A DNA stretch of 64,000 nt from a candidate division FCPU426 bacterium (lineage in GTDB: Bacteria; Oederibacteriota; Muellerivitia; Muellerivitales; Muellerivitaceae): positions 128,001-192,000 of the forward strand of contig CAWCKJ010000008.1 of NCBI GenBank assembly GCA_963796105.1, written 5' to 3'. A program made the translations under genes and the position numbers. Positions 12,868 through 24,450 of the stretch are shown piece after piece (position 1 is the first letter of the stretch; the number at the start of each line of letters is the position of its first letter). The notes beneath the pieces were generated by a model that was not told the origin of the DNA, made no database searches, and was given only the letters and a program-made list of their open reading frames with translations.

Positions 12868-13233
12868 ATGTCATCGAAAATACAAAAAGAATCTAGGATC
12901 CACCGGCATTTACGAATCCGAAAAAAAGTATTTGGATCTCTTGAAAGACCGCGTTTGGTAGTCCATCGCGGCGCTAAAAACATCACTGCTCAAATTATTG
13001 ATGATTTGAGAGGTGTTACGTTGGTTTCTTCGGCGAGTTTTGATAAAAATCTCCGAAAAAACATTAAAAGCGGCGGAAACATTGAGGCTGCAAAGAAGGT
13101 TGGTGAACAAATAGCCATTTTGGCAAAAGAGAAATCTGTTACTAGAGTGGTTTTTGACAGAGGTGGATATCTTTTCCATGGGCGTATTAAGGCATTGGCG
13201 GATGCAGCCCGTGCCAATGGTCTTCAATTCTAA
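12868..13233 (+). CDS. rplR: 50S ribosomal protein L18
   Basis: [25 protein letters not shown]. Confidence 0.97.
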   Translation: MSSKIQKESRIHRHLRIRKKVFGSLERPRLVVHRGAKNITAQIIDDLRGVTLVSSASFDKNLRKNIKSGGNIEAAKKVGEQIAILAKEKSVTRVVFDRGGYLFHGRIKALADAARANGLQF

Positions 13234-13247
13234 AGTTAAGGAAACTT

Positions 13248-13760
13248 ATGGCACGGATAGATGTTTCAAAGCTTGATTTGAAGGAAAAGGTAATTCACAT
13301 TAACCGGGTTGCTAAAGTGGTAAAAGGCGGAAGAAGGTTTAGCTTTTCAGTTCTAGTGGTTGTGGGGGACGGCCATGGTTTTGTTGGAATTGGAATGGGA
13401 AAAGCCAGTGAGGTACCGGATGCTATTCGGAAAGCAGTTGAAGATGCCAAGAAAAACTTAATTAAGGTTCCTTTGAAAGGTTTTACTTTATACCATGAAA
13501 TTATAGGTGTTTTTAAAGCTTCACGAGTCCTATTAAAGCCAGCGGCGCCTGGAACAGGTATCATCGCTGGAGGTGGAGTCAGAGCAGTATGTGAATTAGC
13601 CGGTATCCACGATGTATTAACTAAATCGATCCGGTCTGATAATGTTTTTAACGTTGTTCAGGCTGCATTAAATGGTCTTAAGAACATGCAATCGCCGGAT
13701 AAGGTGTTGTTGTTAAGAGGGAAGCTAATTGAGGGTATGGTAGGGGTGGGTAAATCATGA
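13248..13760 (+). CDS. rpsE: 30S ribosomal protein S5
   Basis: [23 protein letters not shown]. Confidence 0.98.
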   Translation: MARIDVSKLDLKEKVIHINRVAKVVKGGRRFSFSVLVVVGDGHGFVGIGMGKASEVPDAIRKAVEDAKKNLIKVPLKGFTLYHEIIGVFKASRVLLKPAAPGTGIIAGGGVRAVCELAGIHDVLTKSIRSDNVFNVVQAALNGLKNMQSPDKVLLLRGKLIEGMVGVGKS

Positions 13761-13933
13761 CAGATATTAAAATCCAATTAATTAAAAGTCTAAATGGACG
13801 TTTGCCAAAACATGTCCGCATCGCAAAAGCGTTAGGACTACAAAACGTTCGGCAAATCATAATTAGGCCGGATACTCCGGTAATTCGAGGAATGATAAAT
13901 AAAATTGGCTACTTGTTAGAAATAAAAAAATGA
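13757..13933 (+). CDS. rpmD: 50S ribosomal protein L30 (not in ORF track)
   Basis: Manual translation [58 protein letters not shown] (58 aa), between rpsE and rplO. Confidence 0.93.
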   Translation: MTDIKIQLIKSLNGRLPKHVRIAKALGLQNVRQIIIRPDTPVIRGMINKIGYLLEIKK

Positions 13934-13946
13934 AAAGGTAATTAAA

Positions 13947-14384
13947 ATGAAAATCGTTGATCTTAAGCCTGCGCACGGAGCTACAAAAAGGCGGAAAATT
14001 GTTGGAAAAGGTCCTGGCTCTGGACACGGGAAGACATCAACCAGGGGAAACAAGGGCCAAAATTCTCGAACGGGCGGTGGTGTCCGTGCCGGATTTGAAG
14101 GGGGACAAACTCCCGTTTATCGACGGTTGCCAATTCGGGGTTTCAAGTCTCTAAGTATTTCTCGGTTCTCGATTGTCAATTTGGATCAGTTATCGATTTT
14201 TGAAAATGGATACACAGTTACCCCTGAGGTTTTGAAAGAAAGAGGCCTTATTCATGATCTCAAAAAGGTAAAGGTATTAGGCGATGGAGAATTAAAAAAC
14301 AAACTTACTATAAAAGCACATGCTTTTAGTACCTCTGCGATGGAAAAAATCAAAAAAGCCGGTGGAACAATGGAGGTATTGTAA
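13947..14384 (+). CDS. rplO: 50S ribosomal protein L15
   Basis: GSGHGKTSTRGNKGQ, GFEGGQTP. Confidence 0.97.
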   Translation: MKIVDLKPAHGATKRRKIVGKGPGSGHGKTSTRGNKGQNSRTGGGVRAGFEGGQTPVYRRLPIRGFKSLSISRFSIVNLDQLSIFENGYTVTPEVLKERGLIHDLKKVKVLGDGELKNKLTIKAHAFSTSAMEKIKKAGGTMEVL

Positions 14385-15725
14385 GTGTTTTCAGCTTTTA
14401 CCAATATTTTTAGAGTTCCAGAATTAAAGTCACGCGTTTTATTCACTTTTGGTATTTTATTGGTTTACCGCATTGGAATTCATATACCTATTCCCGGTGT
14501 GAATGTCGGTGTTTTAGAGAATTTTTTTAAAAGCCAGGGAAATGGAATTCTGGGATTTTTAAATCTTTTTTCGGGAGGAGCTTTAAAACAATCTTCTATT
14601 TTTGCACTTGGTGTCATGCCCTATATAAGTATGTCGATTATTCTTCAACTATTAACAGCTGTTATTCCCACTCTTGAAAAACTTTCTAAGGAAGGGGAAA
14701 CCGGGCGAAGAAAAATAACGCAATACACAAGAATAGGAACAGTGGCTCTTTGTATCGTTCAGGGGACAGGAACCACTTATTTATTGCGTAGCTTAGGAGA
14801 AAGTTTTGTGTATCACTGGGGTTTTGGTTTTCAAGTAATGACTGTTTTGGCATTAACGACTGGTACCATATTCATCATGTGGCTAGGAGAGCAGATTACA
14901 GAATTTGGGATTGGAAATGGAATTTCATTAATAATATTCGCGGGTATTGTAGCGGGGTTGCCCGGCGAATTGGCCGCCACATTTAGGCTTTTTAAAATTG
15001 GACAGGTGAGTCTTTTTTCATTCTTGTTTTTTGCTCTTTTTACTATAGCAACAATTGCTTTTATCGTTATCCTCCAACAAGGCGCCCGGAAAATCCCGGT
15101 TCAATATGCAACTCGGGTTGTAGGAAGACAGGTATTTAAAGGACAATCGACTCAATTACCTTTAAAAGTGGATTATTCTGGAGTTATTGCCGTTATTTTC
15201 GCTTCCTCCATTTTAGTTTTCCCCGCCCAGGCAGCTAAATATATACAAACTCTCCCGATTGTTTCTTCTGAAGTCAATGGATGGGTCTATAACTTCGCGG
15301 ATTTAATCATTCGAAATTTATCACCGGGAGCGTTTTTTTATTATGTTTTATATTCCGGGTTAATTGTCTTTTTTTGTTATTTTTATACCGCAATTGCTTT
15401 TAATCCTACTGATTTGTCCGAAAATATGAAGAAGTACGGTGGTTTTATTCCTGGTATTCGTCCTGGCCAACCGACCGCTGAATTTATTGATAGAACGTTA
15501 ACAAGAATTACGATTTGGGGTGCTCTTGCGGTTTGCGTTGTCGCGGTGGCACCTGATGTATTAACACGGAAATTAAATATCCCAATATATTTTGGGGGTA
15601 CTTCTCTTTTAATTATTGTTGGGGTCGCTTTGGATACCATGAAACAGATTGAGTCGCATTTGTTAATGAGACACTACGATGGTTTTATGAAAAAAGGCCG
15701 TTTAAAAGGACGGAGCGCCTTTTAA
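14385..15725 (+). CDS. secY: Preprotein translocase SecY (GTG start)
   Basis: SIFALGVMPYI, GIGNGISLIIF, IPGIRPG, GGTSLLI. Confidence 0.98.
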   Translation: MFSAFTNIFRVPELKSRVLFTFGILLVYRIGIHIPIPGVNVGVLENFFKSQGNGILGFLNLFSGGALKQSSIFALGVMPYISMSIILQLLTAVIPTLEKLSKEGETGRRKITQYTRIGTVALCIVQGTGTTYLLRSLGESFVYHWGFGFQVMTVLALTTGTIFIMWLGEQITEFGIGNGISLIIFAGIVAGLPGELAATFRLFKIGQVSLFSFLFFALFTIATIAFIVILQQGARKIPVQYATRVVGRQVFKGQSTQLPLKVDYSGVIAVIFASSILVFPAQAAKYIQTLPIVSSEVNGWVYNFADLIIRNLSPGAFFYYVLYSGLIVFFCYFYTAIAFNPTDLSENMKKYGGFIPGIRPGQPTAEFIDRTLTRITIWGALAVCVVAVAPDVLTRKLNIPIYFGGTSLLIIVGVALDTMKQIESHLLMRHYDGFMKKGRLKGRSAF

Positions 15726-16381
15726 TGAGAGTTATTTTATTGGGGGAGCCTGGAGCAGGAAAGGGAACTTATTCATTAGAGATAGTGCGAAAATATAATA
15801 TTCCCCAAATCTCAACTGGCGATATGTTACGAAATGCGATTAAACACGGAACGAATCTGGGCCTTCATGCACAAGAATTTATGAAAAAGGGTGAATTGGT
15901 TCCAGATTCACTTGTGATTGGATTAATTCATGATCGGATTAAACAATCTGATGCGGTCGATGGATTCATATTAGATGGGTTTCCAAGAAACGTGTCTCAA
16001 GCAGTAAAACTTGAAGAAATTTTATCAAGTGAAAAAATACAGTTAAATATTGTTTTGAAAATAGAAGTGGATAAACAAATTATAGTCAGAAGATTAACGT
16101 CGAGAAGAGTTTGCCCCAATTGTAATTCGACTTTTAATATTGAAACAATGAAACCTAAGACGGAAGGTATTTGCGATAAATGCGGTGAAAAGTTGATACA
16201 AAGATCAGACGATCGAGTAGAAACAATTGAAAATCGCCTGGCCGTTTATCAAAAAGATACTGCTCCATTAATTAATTTTTATGAAGAAAAGAAATTGTTA
16301 AAAAAAGTTTTATGTAATGGGGATCTAAAAAATTCGTTAGAGAAAATTTTCAATGTGCTGATGAAAGCGGTCATTGATTAG
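15725..16381 (+). CDS. adk: Adenylate kinase with Zn-lid
   Basis: GEPGAGKGT, STGDMLR, LDGFPR, CPNC...CDKC. Confidence 0.97.
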   Translation: MRVILLGEPGAGKGTYSLEIVRKYNIPQISTGDMLRNAIKHGTNLGLHAQEFMKKGELVPDSLVIGLIHDRIKQSDAVDGFILDGFPRNVSQAVKLEEILSSEKIQLNIVLKIEVDKQIIVRRLTSRRVCPNCNSTFNIETMKPKTEGICDKCGEKLIQRSDDRVETIENRLAVYQKDTAPLINFYEEKKLLKKVLCNGDLKNSLEKIFNVLMKAVID

Positions 16382-17127
16382 TGATTACTATTAAGTCTGA
16401 GTATGAATTGAAGCTAATGCGAATTAGCGGCCGGGTCGTTTGCGAAGCTCTACAAGAACTTCACAAATTAATAAAACCTGGGTTATCAACTGTGGAGTTG
16501 GATAAATTCGCATATGATTTCATCACTCGGAATAAATGCAAACCAGCTTTTTTAGGGTATCACGGATATCCTGCTACTATATGTACTTCTATTAACGAAC
16601 AAGTTGTTCATGGAATACCTGGAATCCGGATTTTAAAAGAGGGGGATATAGTCGGAATCGATATTGGAGCTTTTTATAAAGGCTATTGCGGTGATTCGGC
16701 CCGGACATTTGCTGTCGGCGAAGTTGCTCCGGAAGTGAAAATGTTACTTGATATTACATATTCAGCTTTGAATGTTGGAATTAGTAAATGCCGTGAAGGG
16801 AACAGAATTTCTGATATAGGATTTGCAATCCAGAATTTTGTTGAAATGAATGGTTATTCAATCGTTAGGGATTATGTAGGTCATGGAATAGGGCAGGAAA
16901 TGCATGAAGAACCTCAAGTCCCTAATTATGGAGTACCAAACCAGGGCCCTCCAATCGTTTCGGGTATGTGTTTAGCGCTGGAACCGATGGTAAATATGGG
17001 TTCTGAAGAGGTAAAGATTTTGGATGACGGCTGGACAGTAGTGACTAAAGATGGTAAATTTTCCGCCCACTTTGAAGATACTATTTCAGTTGGATTGAAA
17101 GGTATAGAGAACTTGACGCGGGTTTAA
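16381..17127 (+). CDS. map: Methionine aminopeptidase type I
   Basis: [27 protein letters not shown]. Confidence 0.97.
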   Translation: MITIKSEYELKLMRISGRVVCEALQELHKLIKPGLSTVELDKFAYDFITRNKCKPAFLGYHGYPATICTSINEQVVHGIPGIRILKEGDIVGIDIGAFYKGYCGDSARTFAVGEVAPEVKMLLDITYSALNVGISKCREGNRISDIGFAIQNFVEMNGYSIVRDYVGHGIGQEMHEEPQVPNYGVPNQGPPIVSGMCLALEPMVNMGSEEVKILDDGWTVVTKDGKFSAHFEDTISVGLKGIENLTRV

Positions 17128-17150
17128 CCCCCAAAAGGGGATGGAGAGGT

Positions 17151-17369
17151 ATGGCCAAAGAAGAAGCGATTTCAATAGAAGGAACCGTAATTGAGGCTCT
17201 TCCAAATGCGAGTTTTAGGGTTGAATTAGAAAATAAGCACGTTGTATTAGCCCACGTGTCAGGGAAGATGAGGATGAATTTTATTCGCATACTTCCTGGT
17301 GATCGAGTTACAGTTGAATTATCACCCTATGATTTGACTCGAGGGCGAATAACTTACCGATTTAAATGA
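17151..17369 (+). CDS. infA: Translation initiation factor IF-1
   Basis: [23 protein letters not shown]. Confidence 0.98.
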   Translation: MAKEEAISIEGTVIEALPNASFRVELENKHVVLAHVSGKMRMNFIRILPGDRVTVELSPYDLTRGRITYRFK

Positions 17370-17400
17370 TGACGGGAATGTAAAAAGGAGATGTTCAAAA

Positions 17401-17514
17401 ATGAAAGTTAGATCATCTGTTAAACCCATCTGTGATAAATGTAAAGTCATTCGACGGAAACGTGTAATACGAGTTATTTGCACTAATCCGAAACATAAAC
17501 AAAGGCAAGGCTAA
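17401..17514 (+). CDS. rpmJ: 50S ribosomal protein L36 (not in ORF track)
   Basis: Manual translation [37 protein letters not shown]. Confidence 0.97.
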   Translation: MKVRSSVKPICDKCKVIRRKRVIRVICTNPKHKQRQG

Positions 17515-17531
17515 TCAAGGAGTAAAGATAT

Positions 17532-17912
17532 ATGGCAAGAATTTCGGGCGTGGATTTACCTAAAGAAAAGCGCATGGAAACAGCTTTAACATATGTTTAT
17601 GGAATCGGGTTGGCGCTTTCCAAGGGAATTTTGATCAAGGCAAATGTTAATCCTGATATTCGTGTAAAAAATCTTAAAGATGACGAAGTCGCTAGAATTC
17701 AGAATATTATAAATACAAATAATATTAAGGTAGAGGGTGACTTGAGAAGAGAAATATCGATGAACATTAAAAGATTAATTGATATCGGGACTTACCGAGG
17801 CATGAGGCATAGAAAAGGTCTCCCAGTAAGGGGCCAGCGGACTAAAACGAATGCACGAACAAGGAAGGGACCAAAGAAAACAGTTGGAAGCGGTCGAAAA
17901 AAAGAGGAGTAA
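17532..17912 (+). CDS. rpsM: 30S ribosomal protein S13
   Basis: [28 protein letters not shown]. Confidence 0.98.
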   Translation: MARISGVDLPKEKRMETALTYVYGIGLALSKGILIKANVNPDIRVKNLKDDEVARIQNIINTNNIKVEGDLRREISMNIKRLIDIGTYRGMRHRKGLPVRGQRTKTNARTRKGPKKTVGSGRKKEE

Positions 17913-17998
17913 TAAATGGCCGCTAAGTTTTGCGGCATTTATCCTTGTTGGATAATTAATATTTATTGAATATAAAAATGTTACTAGAGGAGAAATAA

Positions 17999-18442
17999 GT
18001 GGTTGAAAAATCAGATAATTCTGAAGAGAAAGAAATAAAATCGGAAGGAAGTGAGAAGGCTATGGTCTCATTTTCTCCTAAAAAAGGAAAAAAAGCCCCA
18101 AGAAATGGTGTTGTTCATATTCAATGTACTTTTAACAATACCTTAGTGACAGTGACAGATCCAAAAGGTAATGTTATTGCTTGGTCTTCTGCAGGTTTAA
18201 TGAATTTTAAAGGAAGCCGAAAATCAACACCCTTTTCCGCTCAAGTTGCCGCTGAAGCTGCGGGAAAGAAAGCTGTTGATGCCGGGATGAAATCAGTTGA
18301 AGTTTATGTAAAAGGTCCCGGCTCGGGACGAGAAGCAGCCATTCGCGCAATCCAAACAAGTGGGTTGCAGATTTCCATGATTAAAGATGTTACCCCTGTG
18401 CCGCATAACGGATGTCGACCGCCGAAACGCAGACGGGTTTAA
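17999..18442 (+). CDS. rpsK: 30S ribosomal protein S11 (GTG start, N-terminal extension)
   Basis: [26 protein letters not shown]. Confidence 0.97.
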   Translation: MVEKSDNSEEKEIKSEGSEKAMVSFSPKKGKKAPRNGVVHIQCTFNNTLVTVTDPKGNVIAWSSAGLMNFKGSRKSTPFSAQVAAEAAGKKAVDAGMKSVEVYVKGPGSGREAAIRAIQTSGLQISMIKDVTPVPHNGCRPPKRRRV

Positions 18443-18453
18443 AGGAGAATTTA

Positions 18454-19074
18454 ATGAGTGATCAATCCGTATGTAGGATTTGCCGGCGTGAGGGGATGAA
18501 GCTTTATTTAAAAGGGAATCGCTGTGACACTGAAAAGTGCGCTTTTGAAAGAAGAAGTTATGCGCCTGGCCAACATGGCCAGAAGCGTCGTAAAGACACG
18601 GAATACGGGACACAATTACGTGAAAAACAAAAGGTTAAAAGAATTTATGGACTTTTTGAAAAGCAATTCAAAAGATATTTTTCAATGGCTTCACGCAAAA
18701 AAGGTGTTACGGGGGAAACTCTGTTGCAATTATTAGAACAACGGTTAGACAACACCGTTTATCGATTGGGTTTTGCTGAGTCTCGTTCGCAAGCGCGTCA
18801 AATTGTTCGGCATGGAATGATTATGGTAAATGGAAAAAAGGTTGATATCCCTTCATATACCTTAAAAGCCGGGGATAAGATTTCAGTGGTTGATAAATAT
18901 AAAGAGAACTTAGTGATTAAACGTTCTTTGGAAATTCTCCAAAAAAAGAATGTTCCCGAGTGGCTTGAAGTGGATGCTAGCTCTCATTCAGGTGTTTTCA
19001 AAAAAATTCCGACAAAAGAAGAAATCGCACTTCCGGTTCAAGAACAATTAATTGTTGAGTTATATTCAAAGTAA
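18454..19074 (+). CDS. rpsD: 30S ribosomal protein S4 (Zn-type)
   Basis: [27 protein letters not shown]; start moved to ATG 18454. Confidence 0.97.
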   Translation: MSDQSVCRICRREGMKLYLKGNRCDTEKCAFERRSYAPGQHGQKRRKDTEYGTQLREKQKVKRIYGLFEKQFKRYFSMASRKKGVTGETLLQLLEQRLDNTVYRLGFAESRSQARQIVRHGMIMVNGKKVDIPSYTLKAGDKISVVDKYKENLVIKRSLEILQKKNVPEWLEVDASSHSGVFKKIPTKEEIALPVQEQLIVELYSK

Positions 19075-19125
19075 TCAGTAATAAAAAATGTCTCATGTTT
19101 TGGGACAATTCTCGCAGGAGGCGTT

Positions 19126-20139
19126 ATGCAAATCGGAAACGTACAAATTCCGAAATTTTTGGATTACGAAAAAGAGAGTCTTACTCCGACTTATGGAAAG
19201 TTCATAGCGGAACCTTTTGAAAGGGGATATGGCCAATCAGTCGGTAACTCTTTGCGAAGAATCTTACTTTCGTCGATCACCGGCGCGGCGGTTACATCCG
19301 TCAAATTTCAAGGTGTTTCGCACGAGTTTTCCTCAATCCCGGGCGTAGTAGAAGATACAACTGAAATCATACTGAATTTGAAAGAATTAAAAATAAAACT
19401 ATTTAATTCAAGTTCAAAAGTTTTGCATTTAGAAATAAAAGGCGAAAGAAATGTAGTGGCTGCTGACATACAAACTGATGGCGATGTTGAGATGTTAAAT
19501 CCTCAGCTACATTTGGCGACCTTGACGGAGGAAGAGGCTTCTCTTGATATTGAAATAGAAATATCGGAAGGGCGTGGGTATGCTCCTGCAGAACGGAATA
19601 AAAGAGAGGGACAATCCATAGGCGTAATCCCGATTGATTCAATTTTTACACCAGTCATACAAGTGAAATACTCGGTGGAATCCGCTCGTATTGGCCAAAT
19701 CACTGATTATGATAAACTCATAATAGAGATTTGGACTGATGGGAGAATTCGACCTGAAGACGCTTTGGCGCATGCATCAAAAATACTTAGAGATTCTCTT
19801 CAGATTTTTATTAATTTTGAAGAAGAACCAATACAACAAGATGATTCGGTTAGCGAGGAAGAAGAGCGCCTTCGTGAGTTGTTGAATGAGAGTGTTGAAG
19901 AACTCGAGTTATCGGTGCGTTCCGCCAATTGCTTGAAAACGGCTAATATTAAAACTATTGGGGATTTGGCAAGAAAAACCGAATCAGATATGTTGAAATA
20001 TAAAAACTTCGGCAGAAAATCGCTTAATGAAATCAAGGAAATCCTAAATGGAATGGGGCTTTCTTTTGGAATGGATGTTGATTCAATTTTAGCTAAAGGA
20101 AAACCTGTTTCTTTGCCGCGTGTTGAAACAAACGTTTAA
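19126..20139 (+). CDS. rpoA: RNA polymerase alpha subunit
   Basis: [37 protein letters not shown]. Confidence 0.98.
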   Translation: MQIGNVQIPKFLDYEKESLTPTYGKFIAEPFERGYGQSVGNSLRRILLSSITGAAVTSVKFQGVSHEFSSIPGVVEDTTEIILNLKELKIKLFNSSSKVLHLEIKGERNVVAADIQTDGDVEMLNPQLHLATLTEEEASLDIEIEISEGRGYAPAERNKREGQSIGVIPIDSIFTPVIQVKYSVESARIGQITDYDKLIIEIWTDGRIRPEDALAHASKILRDSLQIFINFEEEPIQQDDSVSEEEERLRELLNESVEELELSVRSANCLKTANIKTIGDLARKTESDMLKYKNFGRKSLNEIKEILNGMGLSFGMDVDSILAKGKPVSLPRVETNV

Positions 20140-20164
20140 ATTGAAGAGAAATTAGGAGAATAAA

Positions 20165-20650
20165 ATGAGGCATAGAGCTCATCACGGACATCTTGGTGTT
20201 CAACCCGCGCACCGTCGCTCCATTTTAAGAAATATGGTGACATCCCTCTTAAAACATGAACGTATTAAGACAACAAAAGTTAGGGCAAAAGAAGTAAGAA
20301 GATTTGCGGAAAAAATGATCACTCTTGCTAAAAAGGAAACCTTAGATTCAAAAAGAAGAGTTCTTGGTTATATCCGTGAAAGAGAAGTGGTCAATAAATT
20401 ATATAAATCCCTGGTTTATCGATATGCCCAAAGAAAAGGAGGGTATACTAGGATTCTAAAGCTGGGATTTAGAGCTGGCGATGGTGCGGATATGGTGTTT
20501 TTAGAGTTGGTGGACCGGCCAATTACAGAAGTGCCTGTGGATAATAAAACAGAGAAAAAAGGCAAAAAGGAAAGTAACGCTATACCGGAATCTTCTGATA
20601 AAGCGGTAGATAAGAAAAAGCCAAAAGAAGTTGCTGTTTCTGAAAAGTAG
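20165..20650 (+). CDS. rplQ: 50S ribosomal protein L17 with Lys/Glu-rich C-terminal tail
   Basis: MRHR, HERIKTT, GGYTRILK. Confidence 0.97.
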   Translation: MRHRAHHGHLGVQPAHRRSILRNMVTSLLKHERIKTTKVRAKEVRRFAEKMITLAKKETLDSKRRVLGYIREREVVNKLYKSLVYRYAQRKGGYTRILKLGFRAGDGADMVFLELVDRPITEVPVDNKTEKKGKKESNAIPESSDKAVDKKKPKEVAVSEK

Positions 20651-20692
20651 CCTCTTTCGCCAGAAAAATGTTCCAATCGATTCAATTTTCTT

Positions 20693-20721
20693 TTGACCGA
20701 GTTCTTTTAATTTCGTAAAAT
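20693..20721 (+). promoter_or_regulatory. Putative sigma70 promoter
   Basis: TTGACC, 17 bp, TAAAAT upstream of the ORF at 20734. Confidence 0.5.
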
Positions 20722-20733
20722 GAAAGTAATAAT

Positions 20734-21255
20734 ATGAAAAATAATCAGAAAAACCTCTTTAAAATTTTCTTCACCCTCTTTTTTTTACTGTCCACTATAC
20801 ACTTATTCGCTCAAAGTTCAGATACTGGTTTATCAGGTAGTCTTGAGACTAATCATCAAAGTTATTTTTATAAGGATCCCAATAAGGCGTTCCTACTGGC
20901 CTTTTTTCCAGGTCTTCTAATTCACGGTTATGGACATTTTTACGCCGAGGATCATTTGACGGGTGATTTATTATTGACCGGTGAAGTAATCTCTGTGCTT
21001 TCTGTTGGCATGGGAGCCCTCATCAAATCCGATACAAACACATTTTCAGGCGGGTTGTTAGGTGACCCCAATAATGCAAAAGATGTTGGCACTAATTTAA
21101 TCTGGGGCGGGGTCATAGCCTTTACTGCATTATGGATTGTGGATATGGCTCATGCGCCTACGGCAGCTAAAGACTATGATGATGAGCATGGTTTAAAGCC
21201 CATTGCTTATATAGATCAGAATAGACCGACATTAGCTTTGGCTTTACGTTTTTAA
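20734..21255 (+). CDS. Hypothetical exported/membrane protein
   Basis: Signal-peptide-like N-terminus, KDPNKAFLLAFFPG..GHFY motif, C-terminal ...LALALRF. Confidence 0.7.
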   Translation: MKNNQKNLFKIFFTLFFLLSTIHLFAQSSDTGLSGSLETNHQSYFYKDPNKAFLLAFFPGLLIHGYGHFYAEDHLTGDLLLTGEVISVLSVGMGALIKSDTNTFSGGLLGDPNNAKDVGTNLIWGGVIAFTALWIVDMAHAPTAAKDYDDEHGLKPIAYIDQNRPTLALALRF

Positions 21256-21945
21256 TCAGGGAATAATTTAGATCGCTTCACCTCGATTCATTTCCATTCT
21301 TCGCTTAATTCCAAAAGCAACAAATTCTTTTATTGCTGAATTTACGGAGTAAGTCCAACACTTCGCCGGAAGACTTCCGCCGGAGTTTTAAAGCCCAAAC
21401 ATTTTCTGGGCCTGTTATTAAGCCATCTTTCAATGGCTTTGAATTCTTTGAGGGACACTTTAGCAAGGTCGGTCTTTTTTGGCAAATATCGGCGAACCAG
21501 ACCGATAGTATTTTCCACGGTGCCTTTTTCCCAACTGTGGAAAGGAGCACAGAAAAAGGATTTGGTACCAAGCACGTGGTTGGTTTCCAGGTGGTTGGTG
21601 TTTTTGGTTCCGTTGTCATAGGTCAGACTCAGACGGGCTTCTTGAGGAAAGCGGCATAAAGTGCGGTTGAGGCTGTGGCTCATTTGGAGTGCAGTCTTTC
21701 GCTTGAACTTTCCCAACTGCGTATGGCGGTGAAAGAGGCCAGTCAAGACGGAACGAATCCGGCCACCTGTAACGGATGAAAGCGGCCACCTGCGGAGCGA
21801 AGCGACGAGGGTTATCCTCTTGATGTTGGAAGAAACATTTGATCCTTCCGTGTTGAAACTCAAATAGTTCAGGGGATGATAGTCCAATTTAACCTCGTTT
21901 GAAAAGGTTTGATTAAATCCTCCCTTCGTATAATCCTTTTTCCCA

Positions 21946-22686
21946 TTATTTTCGACCTGCCCTTCGGGTTTTCCGCATGGATTCTCCCTTCATGGTGATC
22001 TTGTGAGCGTTGTGCACCAAACGATCCAGGATGGCGTCGGAAAGAGTTGGGTTTCCCAAAGCGTCATGCCATTTCTCCACCGGAATTTGGGCGGCTACTA
22101 GAGTGGACTTGCGGTCGTAGCGATCTTCCAGAATCTCAAATAAAGCCCGCCGTTGTTCATCTACCAATGGCATGGAAGCCCAATCGTCCAAGATCAAAAG
22201 ATCAAACTTGGCCAGGTAGGAAAGAAGTTTTAAATACTTTCCGTCCACCCGGGAGACAGCCAATTCCTCAAAGAGCCGGGGGAATCTCAAGTAAAGAACC
22301 CGATGGCCTTCCCGGCAGGCCTTTTGCCCAAAGGCACAAGCTAGATAACTCTTGCCCGCCCCTGTGGGCCCCACAATCAGACAGTTATCGTGGTCTGAAA
22401 TCCATCGGCACGAAGCCAGGGACATCACTTGGCCTTTGTCCAGCCCTCGGGGTTGCTTGAAGTCTAAATCTTCCACACAGGCGTTCAAGCGAAGCTTGGC
22501 CGTGCGGAGGCGGCTTTTGAGCTTTTTGTTCTCCCGTGTCGTCATCTCCCGGTCCACCAAAAGCCCAAGTCTTTCTTCGAAACTCAAGGATTTGCAGTTC
22601 TTGTTTTCTATCTGCTCCTTGTAAGCCGTAAGCATTCCTTCCAGGCGTAAGTCGGACAGCTTTTCCAACATCGGTTGAGCCAACAT
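21946..22686 (-). CDS. istB: IS21 helper ATPase IstB
   Basis: GPTGAGKS Walker A, LLILDDW, AILDRLVHNA. Confidence 0.95.
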   Translation of the reverse strand: MLAQPMLEKLSDLRLEGMLTAYKEQIENKNCKSLSFEERLGLLVDREMTTRENKKLKSRLRTAKLRLNACVEDLDFKQPRGLDKGQVMSLASCRWISDHDNCLIVGPTGAGKSYLACAFGQKACREGHRVLYLRFPRLFEELAVSRVDGKYLKLLSYLAKFDLLILDDWASMPLVDEQRRALFEILEDRYDRKSTLVAAQIPVEKWHDALGNPTLSDAILDRLVHNAHKITMKGESMRKTRRAGRK

Positions 22687-22696
22687 ATTTTCTCCT

Positions 22697-24254
22697 TTAG
22701 TTTTGAGTTTGGTAATACTCCGCGCCTCTCACAAACTCATGGGTGAGGGCGGGTAATACCGGCTGTTCGGACTCAAGGGGTTTTTGATCCAGTCCCAACT
22801 TGAGGATGGACTCGATGTTGTGATAACGGGGAGAAGGGATGCTCGAGGCCCTGCGGCAGGCTGCTTCCAGACGATCCTTGCCGTATTTTTTGCCCAACCT
22901 CATAATGCCAAGACAAGACCTGTAACCCTGCTCAGGGTGGAAGTGAGAAGCCAATATCTTCTCCACCACGGCCCTTGTGGCTTCACCCGACTCACCCGCC
23001 CATTGGGCCAACCTCACCGGTGTCCATTCGGCATACTGGCGGTGGCCTTGAGGCATATGCTCCAAAACCGTTGTGTGTCGGTGCTCAACGAAAGATCGTG
23101 CGTGACTGGCCACTCTTTTGCCTTGGTGGAAGATTTCCACCACACTAGAGGTAAGCCGGACATCCAGTTGTTGGCGCACCAGTTGGTAGGGCACGCTGTA
23201 ATAATGCTTTTGGACTTCAACGTGGTAGTCAATGTTCACCCGAACCTTTTTCCATTCAGCGAATTCGTAGGGCTGTGAGGGTAGTGGCTTCAAAAGGGGT
23301 TTTTCCAGGGTTTCAAAGAGGGTTTGGCGGTTGGAAGAAAGCTTTTGGAAGGGCCGCTGGTTGTAGACCTGAAGGAGTTCCCAAATGGCTTCATTGAGTT
23401 CTTGAAGGGAGAAGAAGGTACGGTTGCGCAAAGGAGCCAGGATGCGGCGCTCTACCCCTTGAACTCCCACCTCCACTTTTGCCTTGTCCCGAGGTTTGAC
23501 TGGGCGGGCAGGGAGAACGGCGATGCCGTAATGCTCAGCCATTTCCTGATAGGTGCGGTTGAGGAAAGGTTCATACCGATGGGCGGTGGTAACTCCGGAC
23601 TTCAAATTGTCCGGGATCAGCAGTTCGCAAACTCCACCCATGAACTCGAACGTTCTTACGTGTGAGGCGATCCAGTTGGGCAGTTCCTGGCTCCAAGTGG
23701 CTTCCACGTAGGTATAGTTGCTCGCTCCTAGCACGGCCACGAAGATACTGGGCTTCCCTCACTTCGCCGGTTTGACGATCCACTACACCCATGGTCATTC
23801 CGGCGTAGTCCACGAACATCTTTTCACCGGCCTTGTGGGTCTGCCGCATCACCGGCTCCAACGTCTTCTCCCACTGTCGGTAATGCACGCGGAACTGTGT
23901 GTACTGGTAGCCTTGAGGGTTGGCCTGCTGGTATTCCTCCCACAAAAGCTGGAGGGTAACCCCTTTCTTTTTGAGTTCCTTGTGGAGGTATAGAAAATCA
24001 GGAAAGGGTCTTGAGGCGTTTTTTTCGAACTTTAAAGGGCCGGAGGGAAAAAAGAGTTTCTCCAACTGCACATCGTTCAATTCTGGTGGCAGGGGCCAAG
24101 TGAGTTGGGCTTGAGCCGCCTTCTTGAGGAACCCTTGGATGGTTGTCCGGCCAACCCCGATGGCCTGAGCCATCTGTCGTTCACTGAGGTTTTTCTCGAA
24201 TCTCAACCGCAAAACTTCACGAATCTGGCGCATAGGTATCCTTGCTCTTGGCAT
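22697..24254 (-). pseudogene. istA: IS21 transposase IstA with +1 frameshift at ~23747
   Basis: [31 protein letters not shown]; deleting one base near 23747 gives [14 protein letters not shown] and joins the two ORFs. Confidence 0.88.
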
Positions 24255-24359
24255 GGTTCCTCCCGTTGATAGTGTCCAACGGGGAGTCACCGTACCATTT
24301 TGGTAAGGATTCCCTCTGTCGCTTGGTCCTAAAAGCTCCTCAATAAACTATCCGGCAAA

Positions 24360-24450
24360 GGTGGCCGGATTGGGCCGTCACAGGTGGCCGCTTTGCTCCG
24401 TTTTAGGTGGCCGGATTCAACCGTTTTGGGTGGCCGCTTTCGTCCGTTTT
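24360..24450. repeat. Four ~23-bp subterminal repeats of IS21 (transposase-binding sites)
   Basis: GGTGGCCG...CCGT x4; three related inverted copies at 21726-21790. Confidence 0.85.

Noticed and set aside
17913..17941. Hairpin between rpsM and rpsK as a regulatory RNA
   Set aside because: Short stem without a convincing U tract or other support; function cannot be assigned
21342..21887. ORF-track 181-aa protein as a real gene
   Set aside because: Chimera of IS21 end sequence read into the 3' part of the IS30 transposase
23740..23750. Programmed frameshift in istA
   Set aside because: No slippery run at the site; looks like a simple one-base insertion or sequencing error
24360..24450. CRISPR-like or iteron repeat array
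   Set aside because: The ~23-bp units abut with no spacers and lie inside the IS21 end, mirrored at the other end; typical IS21 transposase-binding repeats
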